From Vicugna vicugna (lineage: Eukaryota), in NCBI GenBank assembly GCA_013265495.1, contig MU063141.1:9063878-9127877 (forward strand): DNA of 64,000 nt, written 5' to 3'. How positions within the stretch are numbered: the first letter of the stretch is position 1; each line of letters opens with the position of its first letter. The notes below the pieces were generated by a model. The model was not told the DNA's origin, searched no databases, and saw only the letters and a program-made list of their open reading frames with translations. A program made the position numbers and the translations under genes. This document shows, in pieces, positions 1 to 13,148 of this stretch.

Positions 1-29
1 CTGCCTATGACACGTGGGCTATGCTTATT

Positions 30-175
30 TTACTTTTTTATTTTTTTCAGTTGGGATATCATTGACATATAACATTGTGTAAGTATAAGGTGTACAGAAT
101 ATTGATTTGATATATTTGTATATTGCAATATGATTACCACAGTGGCATCAGCTAACACCTCTATCAAATAACCAT
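30..175 (-). mobile_element. Old L1 (L1MA/MB-type) 3' end fragment
   Basis: T-rich tail followed by 'ttgacatataacattgtgtaagtataaggtgtaca...atgattaccaca', resembling an antisense L1MA-type 3' UTR. Confidence 0.6.
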
Positions 176-384
176 TTTTACTTTCCTCCCTGCTGTTGAA
201 AGTCTGCTTTCCCTTGACGACACTGCTTCTTTAGCAAACTTCTCTAATGGAGGCCACATTTTGTCTCATTTTTCCAGATTCATAGGGGCTGATAACAGAC
301 CTGCAAAGTTTTTCATATACCCCTTGGACAGTTGACAAATGCTCCCAATAGAAATATAATACTCACCCTCATATGTCATTATTT

Positions 385-1032
385 TACTTTTAAATTGAAG
401 TATAGTCAGTTTACTATGTTGCATCAATTTCTGGTGTACAGCATACTGTTTCAGTCATACATATATATACATATATTCCTTTTTATATTCTTTTTCATTA
501 TAGATTACTACAAGCTGTTGGATAGAGTTCCCTGTGCTATACAGAAGAAACTTATTATTTATCTATTTTATGTATAGTAGTCAGTATCTGTAAATCTCAA
601 ACTCCCAACTTAACTCTTCCCACCCCTTTTCCCACTTTGGTAGCCATAAGTTTGTTTTCTATGTCTGTGAGTGTGTTTCTCTTTTGTAAATAAATTCATC
701 TGTGTCATTTTTTAAGATTCCACATAGAAGTGATATGGTATTTTTCTTTCTCTTTCTGGCTTACTTCACTTAGATTGACGATCTGCAGGTCCATCCNNNN
801 NNNNNNNNNNNNNNNNNNNNNNNNNNNNNNNNNNNNNNNNNNNNNNNNNNNNNNNNNNNNNNNNNNNNNNNNNNNNNNNNNNNNNNNNNNNNNNNNNNNN
901 NNNNNNNNNNNNNNNNNNNNNNNNNNNCATCTGTTGAGGGACATTTAGTGCTTCCATGTCTTGGCTATTGTAAATAGTGCTGCTGTGAATGTTGGGGTGC
1001 ATGTATCTTTTCAAACTAGAGCTTCCTCTGGA
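385..1032 (-). mobile_element. Young 5'-truncated L1 (3' UTR plus end of ORF2), contains an N gap
   Basis: Near-identical to the copies at 23.6, 43.5 and 48.5 kb. The antisense ORF reads 'MDLQIVNLSEVSQKEKEKYHITSMWNLKK', typical of L1 3' ends. Confidence 0.9.
797..927. other. Assembly gap (131 N) inside L1
   Basis: N run seen directly. Confidence 0.99.
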
Positions 1033-1749
1033 TCCTCATGTCTTAAATGTTCCTTTAGCCATATTAAAAAGGCAAAAAATAGATGAAGTTAATTTTATTT
1101 CATCTAATATATCCAAGAATTATCATTTAAACATGTAACTAATGTAAAAATTCTAAATGATATATGTTGCATCATTTTATTTGTACTAAAGCTTTGAAAT
1201 CTGGCATTCCTTTCACACTTTCCTAAACACACTTCAATTCAGAGTAGCAGGATTCCAAGTGCTATATAGCCTCTTGTGTCCAGCAGCCACTGTACTGGAC
1301 ATCTGGTTTAAACTATTGTTCCCCTGCAGTTTCTCAATATTTCAGAGCCCTTCTCTTATACCATCTGTTTTTCATAATCTGCGCTGTGACCGTAAGCACT
1401 TTTTGGAATTAGAGTAGTATCAACTACTGTACAGTTTCCCGCATTCCTTTCCCTGTCACCATCTTTGAAGATTCTGTGGTCTCACCATCTCCCAATGTCC
1501 TATCTCCACTCATCACCATCATCTCTGTTCCTTGATCCTTATTATCATCCCCAAATCTCTTAACCTTTGCAGTTCCTTTCTCTGACTGCACTTCCTAGCA
1601 TTCTGTTGTTGCCTATCATCACACTTTCCCTCCTAGTCTTGTTGGATTGTGGGGGAATCATTTTTACAGTTATTTCAGGTATGAACCTGTGGATTACCTA
1701 ACTAAGCTGCTGTGGCTACCAGATCTCAGAAAAGCTAATCATTGGCCCA

Positions 1750-2145
1750 TCTGAAATATTTATTAAGCACACACTGTGTATTTGTCATTCACTGTACTAG
1801 ATGCTGAAGATAAAGCAGTAGACACACAGCAGAGATCCTTGCCTTTATCAAGCTTACGTTCTACTGAGAAAATAGACGAGAAGCTATTGTTGTATATGGT
1901 ATGTTCCTTAATGATAAATGTCATGGAGTAAAATAAAGCAGAGAAGGGGGTGGCCAAGTGTTGGGAGTGGGGGTTGAAACTGTAGATGACATGGCCACCA
2001 GGGATCAACAGAGAAATGACATATGTGCAGAAAAGCTTTGGAGAAATTTAGGCAGTAAGTCACGTGGCTATCTGGGGGGAGGAGTGTTCCAGAAAGAGTG
2101 TATAGCAAATACAGAGGCCTCAAACCTGTCTGCGAGCTGTTGCTA
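1750..2145 (-). mobile_element. L2 3' region
   Basis: 'aaatatttattaagcacac...tgtactagatgctgaagataaagcagtaga...' is a typical antisense L2 3' end. Confidence 0.65.
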
Positions 2146-2264
2146 ATAAGAGGAGCCTGTAGAGGACAATCACCCAGAGGGAAAAGCAATCACTGGCTTC
2201 TCCAAAAGGAGGTCTAATGAGAACAGTATAGACGGAAATAGCAGAAGCCACTACTGACTCCAAC

Positions 2265-2395
2265 TCCTTCACTTACTAAAGAGAAAACTGACACTCAGAA
2301 CAGTTACGTGGCTTGTCCAGGATCACCAGCTTGTTAAAGGGCAGGTTAGATCCTGAACCCAGGACCCCTGACTCCAGGCCTGACATTTTTTAATG
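2265..2395 (-). mobile_element. MIR SINE
   Basis: MIR core 'gagaaaactgacactcagaacagttacgtggcttgtccaggatcac...tgaacccagg'. Confidence 0.6.
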
Positions 2396-2499
2396 CTGAA
2401 TAAATATGGTAATTGTGTAGTTACCATGCTGGAACAGTGTAATACTGCAACTGCCTCCTGCAGAGGGCAGCTGCAAGTTTGAGGGGCGGGGGTCTTGAT

Positions 2500-3134
2500 G
2501 CCACTTGCAGCGCTGACCAACTGCCTACAAATTCAGAGGTTCCTACAACCCCCTTGGGTTGATAATTCACTTGAATGACCTACAGAACTAAGGAAAGCAC
2601 TAATGTTTACATGTTTAGTTTTATTATAAAGGCTGCTCATCAGAACCAGCCACCTGAAGAGACATATAGGGTAAGACCTGGAAGGGTCTTGAACACAGAG
2701 CTTTCAAGTGTTCTCTCCTTAGATCAGGACACGTTGCCCTCCAGACTCATCAATTTGTTTACCTACCAGGAAGCTCCCCAAAGCCTTGGTGTCCAGAATT
2801 TTTACTGGGGCTTCATTGCATAGGTGTGATTGATCGAATCATTGGCCATATGCTTGAACTTAATCCTTAGCCCCTCTTCCCTCCCAGAGGTCGGGCTGTT
2901 ATCATGGGGCTCAAAGTCCACACTTCTAGTCACAGAATTGTTCTCTCTAGCATTGCGGAGGGGCCCCCATTTGGAACCTCTCTAGGGGCCCACCTTGAGT
3001 TGCTTCATTAGCATAAATTCAGGTGTGGTCTTAGGACCTACCATGAATAACAAAGACACTCCTGTCACTTGGGCAGTTCCAAGTTTGGAAGCTCCCTCCC
3101 AGGAACCCAGGATAAAAACATTCTTTATTCTACA
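2500..3134 (-). mobile_element. MER21-like solo LTR
   Basis: Minus strand starts TGTA at 3134 and continues 'ggagtgtctttgttattcat...accacacctgaatttatgctaatga'. The internal 'ccaactgcctacaaattcagaggttcctacaacccc' also matches the recalled MER21 consensus. Confidence 0.7.
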
Positions 3135-3834
3135 TTCTCTTTTGTACCACAGATAGAAATTCAAAACCTACTTGACTTAAGAATTTTACTACAAAGATAG
3201 CTGGCTCAGAAATAAGAAAGTAGCAACTAATGGGGCAAAAAAAAAAAAAATTCCTCACGTCGTGAAGGGAACCTCAACAGCCAAAGCTCAAGTTCATCTT
3301 TTTGTTGGAGGGGCAGCTGTTAAGGGTAGAAAAGAACCCTAAAGGAAGCATGGTTAACTCCTGATTTTCGTCTGGGCCCCTTCTGGAGGACATGGCATTG
3401 CAGATGGCTATCAATTACTCAGGATAAAGTTGATGTCACCCACTCTTTGACTTGAGGGCTTTGGCAATTCCCCTTTCATTACCTCATAGGTGATGGAAGA
3501 TCTTTGCTAATGAGGTTCTTTCTGGTGTCTCCTGGGCAGAGGGTAAATCTCACAACAGATATTTGTTCAGTTGCTTACTTTGTTTCCTCCATGAACTTCC
3601 ACCATCCCTGTAGGATTTTTCAAGTTTAAACAAGCATTTCCTTGGGTTTACTATCCAGTTAAAACAAAAAGCTAAATAAATAGACAGCTTGTGTTGAAAA
3701 AGGAGAAAAACGTTGGACCGAGTTAAGAAATATTCTTTGGTTTCAGGGACTTGGTAATTTCACAAGTTTTGTCACTTGCTGTTTTTACTGTTAAAAATGT
3801 ATTGAAGCATGTTTTTAAAATTAAAAAGTGTTTA

Positions 3835-4360
3835 TTTGGAAAACATGTTTTTTAGTGTCTGGCATATGGAGGGCACTGTTCAAGACACTGGTCCATAAAC
3901 ATGACCAAGGCTTCATCTCCCCTTTTTGGTAGGCTCCTGGATGACTATAATCTGACGACGGGAGCAGTTCAGTTACTGTGGTTCTTTCATATGTGTTGTA
4001 TAAGCAGAGAGGAGTAGAATTTAAAGAACCCCCAGGGAGTAGAGATGCAAGGGTCAGAGAAAGTTCCTTGGAGGAGGTAGTGTCTGAACTAAGTATTCAA
4101 GGATGAATAAGCCTTTTGCCTGGGAAAGAGCGTGGCCCAAAGCCTATTGCAGGCAGCGTGCAAAGCAGGAGGAAAGGCCTAGAGGTGCGATGGAGTGCGC
4201 CCTGTTTGAGAAGCAAAAGCCATTCTGCGGACTATGAAGTGAGTTGTCAGAAGTGAGCTGAAGAGGAAAGAAGTGGTCAGACTGTGCCGCATTAAGGAGA
4301 CTTCGGAGATCTTTTCAAAGATGAGATCAAGGACGAGAAAGTACCATTGAAAACAAGGTG
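3835..4360 (-). mobile_element. L2 fragment
   Basis: 'agagaaagttccttggaggaggtagtgtctgaactaagtattcaaggatgaataag' is an L2 motif. Confidence 0.6.
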
Positions 4361-4689
4361 CCCTCATCAGAATGCAAGCTGCAAGAGAACATTTTTAGTA
4401 CACTTTGGGAGCATGAGTAATGCTGCTGGGGGAGGTGGGTGGGGTTAAGCCTGAAAGAGAATTCCTCTATTAAAGGTAACTTTGCAAGGGAGAACAAAAA
4501 AAAAGCCCATGGAATGTCATGCAAATACACTAAAATTTAGGTCTGAACTATGGTTTAATACTGGGCAGAGTAAAAGTTACTTAGTGACTTGTTTAGATAC
4601 TTGACACTATTCAAATGTTCCCTGATTTCAGAAGGAAAGCATATTTCACTTTGATAGAAACGTTGCCGTACTGTATATGTAGGTGGTAC

Positions 4690-4860
4690 ATTTATATATC
4701 CATCCCCTAAAATGTAAGCGCCGTGTAATTTCCATGAAGGTAGAGATGTCATTTTCTTCATGACATCTCCTTCCATAATGTCCTCAGAGCCTATAATAGC
4801 AGCCGGCTCATAGGCCAATTAATTTTTCAATTAATTTTTGTTGAAAAAACTGAATATGCA
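4690..4860 (+). mobile_element. L2 3' terminus (degenerate)
   Basis: 'cccctaaaatgtaagc...ccatgaaggtagagat...tttgttgaaaaaactgaata'. Confidence 0.4.
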
Positions 4861-6589
4861 GAAATTAAGATGTATATCCTGGTTAAACTGTGTAGAGGAA
4901 GAAGTTAAGTAATAGATATTATGCGTTTTTGTAGGATCAGTGGATTTCAAACTCAAAATGCTAAAGCTGATTTTATCCTCAGACTAGAGTTATGTGTGGG
5001 GAAAGTGCCGGCAGCCATTTCCATACAATATAAGACAGAATTTATTTTTAGTTTAATTACGCACAAGTGATCTCATCTTATGTTATAGATTTCCCTGGAG
5101 AATTAACATGTTGATGATCTCGAACTCCTGTGCAGCTCCTCAGGGAAGAGAGACGTTCTTAGTCACGCCTTTGTATTGGCATAAGACTTGGAAAAGTGGT
5201 GCTAACCTCCGTTTCTGTCGACTGTACTTAAGAAAATGGTTAGAAAGGACCATCAAAAGGTAGTTCGCATTGGAAACTTATGCTCAGTCAGCAAGCCCAG
5301 TATCCAGAAGAAAACTTAGACCAAAGGCCAAAAGATGTCACACACAGAAAAGATGTTTAATAAAAATGGAAGTCGCCACCTAGAAGAATAATATCATCCC
5401 TTGGTTGGTTTACTGTCATGAAACCACATTGGTAATCTGTGAGTCTTTTTTCTCCGTCTGATTTTAGCCCCTTGAGCCTCATGCCTTGGATATTGTTTCT
5501 TAGTATATATAATCTTTACGCTTCTGCTCACATGACGGAGAGACTCAGTTCAGTGTTGGTGTCCAGATAAGTGACCCGTTTGCTTCCGTTTTAGAGCTGG
5601 CACATAGGAGTCCTCAGAGGATGCTTGCTTGAGGGAATCCCTTTTTAAAAATTAAAATATTTAAGCAGCTGGCAGGTGATTCTGAGAATTCCTTTCCAGG
5701 GCAGGGATTAGTTCTTAGGGTGGTAGAGTTTCCGATTTGTCAGGTTTCTCAAATGACTAATGAAGTAAAAGCAATTAAGCGCTAATCGCTGGTTAGATGA
5801 ATGGGGTAGATGTCTGCTAGCTTGTGCTTGGTTGCTCATGGATGGATGGAATCTTCCTGAGGTGCTCTTTGGGGTTGAAATCAGAGCTGAGACAGTAGTC
5901 CTGGTTCCTGGGTTCCACTGCCTTTACCAAATTTGCTTGAGACCAGGAGCCTGTAAGATATCACTTAGTCTTGCTGGGTTGTGTTTGAAAAGAATAGATC
6001 TTTGATGCTCTCAGCATGCAAGCTATGAAAGGTAACGTTTAATGACTTTTTTCTTACCTATAAAAATACATTTATTTTAAACACTATTCAAGAGAATTTC
6101 ACTTTTCTTCTGTTATAATCTTTGTATTCAATGAGTGTGATAATGTCTAGCCATCAAATCATACAGGTTCACTGTTTTATTTAGTTGTAAGAAGCCTTCA
6201 GAACTTGGCGTATAACCTGTAGTCAATATTGGGGCCTTACAGTGATTTATAAAATACCAAAAAGGGGGGTCCAAAAATTCCATGGTATGTAGTAGAGTTA
6301 AGGAAGAAGTTATTAGATACAGTGTTAGAAAAATTGTGGAGCCTTTCCTTACTAGTATTTTATCTATTGTTCTCAGATTTATAATTTCTGGGGTTGAATT
6401 CTCTCCCCTCATCCCACCTGTGCCCCTTTATTTAAAAAAGGATGTATGTATGGTTGCTTTCACTATTTCATAAACTTGAGATAGTCTTCCCCAAAGCAAA
6501 AAAAGGCAATTAGGCCAATTATTTTTACTTAGAGGTTTAAACGGTGCTTGCAGATTTTAACATCTCTGCTACAATATTGAAGTAGACAG

Positions 6590-6980
6590 CAACTACCTAT
6601 TTCTCCCCTGTATTTCACTGTCAGTCTTTCTCAACCAGCATATCCTGGTTTTCCTTTCTTTATCATTCTATTCATTGCTTCATCACCTGCCAGAGTGATC
6701 TTCTATGTTATTCTTCTGAAAAGTCCAAGGATGTCAGGGACCTCCTAATCATGCAGTATTCATTCTCTTTCCTTGATGAAATCACTGGCGCTGATGGTCA
6801 CCTCTTTGCAGTATTTCAGCCTTCCTTCCGTCTGCCTCCAGTCGTCTCCATGACGTGGCATGGCTGTTGTCTAGCTCTTGGACTGCTGCTTCTCTCTCTC
6901 TTCTTCCAGTCCTTAAATTTAGCAAATTGTAAGGTTCAATTCTTGGCCCCCTGCTTTTTTCTTTTACTCTATTTCCCGTG
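6590..6980 (+). mobile_element. L2 ORF2 remnant
   Basis: Pyrimidine-rich L2-like segments ('aggttcaattcttggccccctgcttttttcttttactcta'). Confidence 0.45.
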
Positions 6981-7599
6981 AAGAGGCTGAAATTCTGTTC
7001 CCCCAACTTTCTGTATCCATTTGAAGGCAATACATTCAGAAGACAATAAGGTGGAACACAGTGTACAGGGGGCTGGGGGAAGAATGCAGTGCATCTTAGA
7101 ATATGTTTCACCCCATGCACGCTGGTGGTTGCAGTTTTTCCTGTACTTCTGAACTCCATCATTTGATAGATGTGGGAGAAGATCCTACCTAGGTCCCTAA
7201 GAGATGCTCTAAATTAGACTAGATTCTTGGAGCTAGGAGAGATCTGGCACACCAGTCTTTCCTTTGCTTAACATCCAGGATTAGACCTGCTCCCTGGCAG
7301 ACAGTGAGGAGGGGTAAGAGCTCTCTGAATCACTTGTTTGATCAGTATATGGGTCTGGATAGAACTCCCCTCCTTCTAAGGATGCAAACAGAGGAACCCT
7401 TATGTTTGGGGCCCATAAAGTAATAATACAGTTAAGAGGAAGAAGCACCAAGCTGAAGAATCAGAAGAAGAGAGTACTTCTGAAAATAACTTATTACAAG
7501 AAATAGTGTAAAATGCTATTGTAAATAACACAGGCATCCTACGTTGACTACAGAGAAACAGAAGCTCACTGAAAGTGCCTAATGTCCAAGGAAAGAATG

Positions 7600-7790
7600 C
7601 TTCGAGGTGAAAAAGAGAACCTGGATGGCATGAGGAAAAGAAGGCAAGGGGGAAAAATAAACAAATGAAGTGATAGAATTAAAATTTGCAATGGAGTACT
7701 TAGAGAACAGAATTGACATAATGGAAAATGTAATCAGCCATGCATAGGATAACCTTAAAATGATCTTCCAGAACACAGAGGAGAAGTGCA
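7600..7790 (+). mobile_element. Old L1/HAL1 ORF1 coiled-coil remnant
   Basis: Translates as TNEVIELKFAMEYLENRIDIMENVISHA*DNLKMIFQNTEEK, resembling the L1 ORF1p heptad region; contains an in-frame stop. Confidence 0.5.
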
Positions 7791-8079
7791 CTGGGATGAG
7801 AAAAGCAAATGAGCAGGTGGCAGGAGGGAAGGGCTGGGATCAAAGTCTCCCCCCACCCCACGTTAGGATTGAGAATATAAACGTGATTAAGGCAGGTTTC
7901 CTGTTTTCAGTGTCCTCACTGGCTAGTCGGGTAAATGATTTAGAGGAGACTTCCTAAAAGAAGTAAGAGTTGAATTGTCCTTAGAATGGATAATACTTGT
8001 GCAGGCAAAGGTGAAGGAGGAAAGGCATTGCAGGAGAGTGGCAGCTCGGAAAAAGAGAGAGATGGGACAGCATAGAGTA

Positions 8080-8465
8080 CTCATTTACGATTAAAAGATA
8101 TTTTTCAAATATCTTCTGTGTGCAAACCCCCAGTTTGGGTGTAAGCAATGCACAAGACAGAGGAGGTCTGTTCCTTATGTTCAAGAGGGAGAGAACCAGA
8201 AAGGGAACAAATACATAAACAAGATAATTTCATATTGTGATATATCCTATTAAGGAACCACATCAGATCAATATGGTGGTGCATAACTGAGGGTGGGAGG
8301 ACCACTTTAGATAAGGTGGTCAGACAAGGCTTCTTTTGTAAAGTGGTGACATTTAAGCTGAGACAAGAATGCTGGGATGAAGCTAGCGATGAAGAGAGTC
8401 TTAAGAGCCTTCCAGAGAAAGTCATAGCGAGTGCAAAGGCACTGAGGCTGGGCATGTTCACGATA
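8080..8465 (-). mobile_element. L2 3' region
   Basis: 'actttagataaggtggtcagacaaggcttc...gtggtgacatttaagctgagac...gagtgcaaaggcactgagg'. Confidence 0.7.
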
Positions 8466-8579
8466 TGACCCATAGCCTCAGGAAATTGGTTAGAGCTGTA
8501 GCTGAACTTCTACTTTGGGTTGTTCTTATTTTCATACCAAGATCCAAAGAAGCATTTGGAGAGATTACTGGTCTCGGAA

Positions 8580-8700
8580 GTTAGAGTGAGCTTGATTCTG
8601 TTCTCAGCTCTGGCCGTAAGATCTTAAGAAATTTGGTCAAGTTATCTAACCTCTCTTGGCCTCAGTCCTCTGATCTGTGACATGAGGGTCATGGTTGGTT
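8580..8700 (+). mobile_element. MIR SINE
   Basis: 'ttggtcaagttatctaacctctcttggcctcagtcctctgatctgtga' core. Confidence 0.55.
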
Positions 8701-9444
8701 AAACATACCATCTGCTCCTGAGGATACACAGTGGTGTGTCAGTGAGATCAACCCATAGACAGAGTATAGACACTGTTCTCCCTAGGCTATTAATTTCACT
8801 AAGGGTGTGGGAAAAATTATATGTGAATAATATTCTGCACAGGAACATAAAATTCCTTTGCATTTCTAAGATTAAAAAGTCAAATGTCAAAGATATTTCA
8901 TGCTTTTGACAGGCCACTGTAGACATGATTTCCATACACATAAAAACACTTCCCTCATGGATTTCATTGGAAAAGTTTAGAAAGCATTAATCTAAACACT
9001 CTCTAAGGTTTTTTTCCAGCTGTGATTCTATGACCATGATTCTTTTAAAAGTTCTTCATCCTTGAAGATCCATCCTTTGTTAACTTTTTCCTCTCTATGA
9101 ATGAATGAATGAATGAATGATCCCATGTATACTGTTTTATGTCACTTTTAACTTAAGGGAACACCTTCTCAATTTACAAAAGAACTCTAAAATCAAACAT
9201 CAAGGGTATTAAACATCGAACTGAGAGAGAGAGAAAAGACCCTTATAAAGTATTTGTGGTAAATGTTGTTTTGACTTTACAGCAATAATCAGGGATGCCT
9301 TACCTTCCAGCTGGGTCTTCAAGGAGATATACCGCCCATCTGGTCTGAGTTTACATTTGAACACATCCATGTGTTCTAAAAGCACAGTTTTTCTCTCCTA
9401 ATCAAGATTTCAGCCGGTAGCTTCCAAAAGATTACATCAAGATA

Positions 9445-9945
9445 CTATAAATAACTACAAGTAACAGAACTCCCCACTTAAACTGGCATAAACAATAAAC
9501 AGGTATATTATCACACATAATTGGAAGCTAGGAGTTGGGCAGTCCGACCCCACTTTTCTAGCATCTAAGCTCTACCCTCTTCTCTGTGTCACCTTTTTCT
9601 CAGTTTTTTTTCACCATGGTCACCAGATCATTGTCACCACTGCCAGCACTTGTCCCTGATTATAGTGGAAGAAAGGGCTTTTTCTCCAGCCAAAGACTAA
9701 AAATCCTTCCCTCTGGTCTGATTGGTTGACTTGGGTTATGTGCTTACTTCTGAACTGTCAACACTAAGGCGAATGAGATGATCATGGGAAGAACAGGCTG
9801 TGTAGACTCAGCCTCAGATCCGGGGATGGGATCTTCTTCCCCTGAGAACTGTGGGCTGCACTGAGAGGGGGAAACCTGAACTAAATCATGGCTCCATTAG
9901 GAAAGAGGAAGGGAGGGTGGGCACTAGATGGCAACCACTCCTGTA
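9445..9945 (-). mobile_element. Old MaLR (MLT1J/K-like) solo LTR
   Basis: 'ctacaagtaacagaactcccacttaaactggcataaacaataa...tgattggttgacttgggttatgtgcttac'. Confidence 0.5.
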
Positions 9946-10204
9946 AGGTGGGAGTGAATAGAGATGACTAAAGATGTTTTAATAATGAGTTCTGATTTGT
10001 TTTTTACTGGTGGTAGCCAAGTTCAGTGGAGCAGCAGTGTCCTTCTGGTGAACAGAGACAGAGATGGACTGAAATTGTTCATTTAGAAAATGTTTACCGA
10101 GTTCCTACCATGTTTTAAGAACTGAAACCCACTGGGTAGTCACATAAACAAATAGTAGCTGTGGGACTGACCAAGAGCATAGGGCACATCTTATTGATCT
10201 TACT

Positions 10205-10330
10205 GACCTTTAATCAGCTCTGTGGGAGCAGGGGCTTCTCCACTGCTTTGTCCACTGCGTATGTCTAACACCGAACACACTGCCTGACACGTGCTGAGCA
10301 TGCCACATGTTTTTATTGAAATAATGTTTA
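10205..10330 (+). mobile_element. L2 3' terminus
   Basis: 'ctgtgggagcagggg...acactgcctgacacgtgctgagc...ttttattgaa'. Confidence 0.5.
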
Positions 10331-12594
10331 TGAGAGCCCGAATCATTAATGATTTTGGAAAGGGTAGTGGAATAACAGAGGTGTGCACAACAGAAGCTCA
10401 GGTGCTGTAAGGTGAGAAGTCCGAGGAGGTGAACTAATTCCTTCTCACTCAGAGGGTGTTAGCATGTAAAGAAGGAGTTCTGATGTCAGGGAGGTGCTGA
10501 GACTTTAACATAATGTTGGGTAATATCTATACCGGAGAATGCTTTTAAAAAAAATCATTGCATGTGGAATATTTAGCACAGCACTTGACATATAGTATAC
10601 ACTAAGTAAAAAAAATGAAAGAATGAAAGTGAATGAATGATGAGCTTTCTAAACAGATTGACAAGAATATTATTGTTAGATAAATAGTTAATATTCAACT
10701 GTGCCTTCCTGCATTTTTTTCTGCTTTTATTGGTGTGATTTGTGATGTTAATGTTTTCTGATTTTGATGGTGAGTGATATTTCTAATGGAAAAATGTAAC
10801 CTAGTGAAATGTGCTTTGACTCAGTATTCCATGTCAACCAAGTCTGATTATTTGGAGTACACAGGCATAGACTTTGCACCCAGACGTATTGCCTTCTTAT
10901 CGTAACCTCAAGGCCTGCAAACCAACTATGCAAATTGATGTCTAAAATCAGATCGAAGAGTTTGACAGTGTATTTGGGAAGGACTGGAAAGACCATTAAA
11001 TCAAACTCTTCCATCCTATAGGTGGAAAACCTGAGCACAGACAAGCAGGGTCATGGCCTGCTGTTCAGTGCTGGGGAGTAGGGAGTCAGAACTGGGACTC
11101 GGGCTTTCCACGAAACTGCAGTCCTTCAACCATGTGAGGAATGAAGGAGAATTGAGAGCAGCAGGCTTCTTTTCAAGGTTTGATTTTAGGCAATAGCTTA
11201 GCTTCGAGCTGTGGGGGGCTTGCAAGTCTTGAATAGACCTTTGTTTCACTAATGGGCCATTTGGAATAAGGGGAAAAAATTAAAGTAACAATCTCCTTAG
11301 GTGGTGGAGAACATTATTAAATGTAAAAGACTGAAGTCATTGTCAGAGGGACTGCTAACATTGACTGTATAACACTGAGAATTCAAACGAAAACTCCCCA
11401 GTGACGCCTTCTGAAGTGCATGCGGAGGGTGAAGACTTTGCTAACACTGAGGAAGGAGCATTCCTTTGGGACTGCTGCTGTAGTTGTCTGAGAGTCTGTC
11501 AGCTCACCTCTTAGAATCTCTGTTATCATTGCTCCTGTATTAAAATGTCTAATACATTTACTCAGTTTATTCATTTATAACTCCTCCTTTCATGCTGTGT
11601 CTCCTTATTGTTCAGAAATTTTCTCAAGCAGGTTTGACTACAGTCACTACGGTTTGAGGACATCCTCCAGGGTTCCCTGTCATTCATTCTTTATTCCCCC
11701 AACTGACCCAGACAAATGAAGACGTGATGCATCTTCATCCACTCTTCTGCGTGATAGAAGAGGGATATTGCATTCTACTCCCCATAGACCACGCATACTT
11801 GAGAAGGTACTTCTACTTTCTTTTTCAAAATAATTATTTTCCAGAGTGTCGTTCCTGACCAAACCCATGGCAATCTTGGGTCCTTTATGTGCAGCTCAGC
11901 GACCTGCCCTAAGTCCATCTCATTGGTACTCTCATGTTCAGTGTCACTCACTGGCATCAGTGTGTATGTATAGATCTTTAACTTAGCTATTAAAAAAAAA
12001 AAAAAAACCTCTGACGGGATGGCAATTTAAAAATTCTTTTGGCATGGTTTCTTGAACTCAGAGAGCCCTGTGGATTTATTTACTTATCTTCCCAAGTGCC
12101 CCAAATCTGTCAGAAAGTGAGTCTCACCATTTCTTTTAAAACAATGTCACTCATAATTTATCCATATTTTGAAGGAAGAACTCCTTGTCTTGCTCTACTA
12201 GCTTTTATCCAGCTTCTCTTCTGAGCTAGGCATCTTTCGCTTTGTGATTCCTCTCAACGTCCTCTCAACTAGTCCAGTATAAGAGCACTGTTAGAACAGA
12301 CAAACACATTTCCATACCAAGCTTTTTGCCTAGAGAAGATGAAAGGAAGTCAGAGAATGTGATGGTCTCTGTCGGCTGGTGGTGCAACTCTGGAAAAGTT
12401 ACATGAACACATCTATTTCACTCTACCTGCAATATGGGACTTTATTTTCTAGGGACTTTCCCTGGATTTTGAATGGAATCTGTTTAAGGTACAGTTCATT
12501 CAGCAAATATTTATTATGTGCCTCCTGTGTGTCAGGCTCTTTGCACTGTGGTGATTGTGACTTAATTACAATATGAACTAACCTTGTTTCAATG

Positions 12595-12805
12595 CTTCCT
12601 GTGTTCCCTGCATGGTGTGCTAAAAATGTGTCTGGCTTCATCCTTTCAAAAGCTTGCAAAGTGCAGATGCAATTATTTCCATTTTGTAGATGAGGAGGTG
12701 AAATTTAGACAGGGTAAGGGATCTTTCCAAGATTTCTCAGCAAGTGGATGGGGTTCCAACCTGGTCTTTCTGAATCTAGAGACTGGGCTCTTGACCCATA
12801 GTGAC
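12595..12805 (-). mobile_element. MIR SINE
   Basis: 'tttccattttgtagatgaggaggtgaaatttagacagggtaagggatctttccaag'. Confidence 0.6.
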
Positions 12806-12859
12806 TCATAAGCACAAGCCTGTTTGTGGATTTGGTCGGGGGAGCTGTATTGGCTCTTC

Positions 12860-13050
12860 TCTGATGGTTCCTACGTTTTTTTCTGAAGTGAAAGATGAGA
12901 TCATCCATTGAGAGTTGAGTGGAATTAAAAAGAGGGTAGAGGTTGGTGGAAAATTGAAGAGATTTGGGAGAACCCTTGGGAAGGAGGAGGGTGAGATGAT
13001 GGTGGAGACTGAAAAGAGTGCCAGGCATTCCTGAGAAGTCAGTTAATGCT
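12860..13050 (-). mobile_element. L2 fragment
   Basis: Purine-rich antisense L2-like sequence. Confidence 0.4.
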
Positions 13051-13148
13051 GTGGACCATGAACTAGTGGTGGTATCAGTTGGCCAAATAATATACAGTGG
13101 TGCAAGACAAATTTCTTTGAAAGGAAATCAAATAGCCTCTAATAACTG

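Larger units (their letters stand above)
338..1312. mobile_element. MER33-type hAT-Charlie MITE split by a young L1 (pieces ~338-384 and ~1036-1312)
   Basis: Left piece 'gctcccaatagaaatataat...catatgt' and right piece 'tagccatattaaaaagg...ccaagtgctatatagcc...tactggaca' match consecutive parts of the recalled MER33 consensus. Confidence 0.65.
180..1700 (+). mobile_element. Degenerate L2 ORF2 remnant (pieces ~180-325 and ~1430-1700), interrupted by MER33 and L1
   Basis: Pyrimidine-rich L2-like motifs ('ccttgacgacactgcttct', 'ctccactcatcaccatc...ccttgatccttattatc'); highly diverged. Confidence 0.4.

Noticed and set aside
4743-4769. 10-bp perfect hairpin GAGATGTCAT/ATGACATCTC
   Set aside because: About one such stem is expected by chance in 64 kb, and it lies in an L2 remnant.
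4555-4818. 87-aa minus-strand ORF with protein-like composition
   Set aside because: It is largely the antisense reading of a decayed L2 tail.
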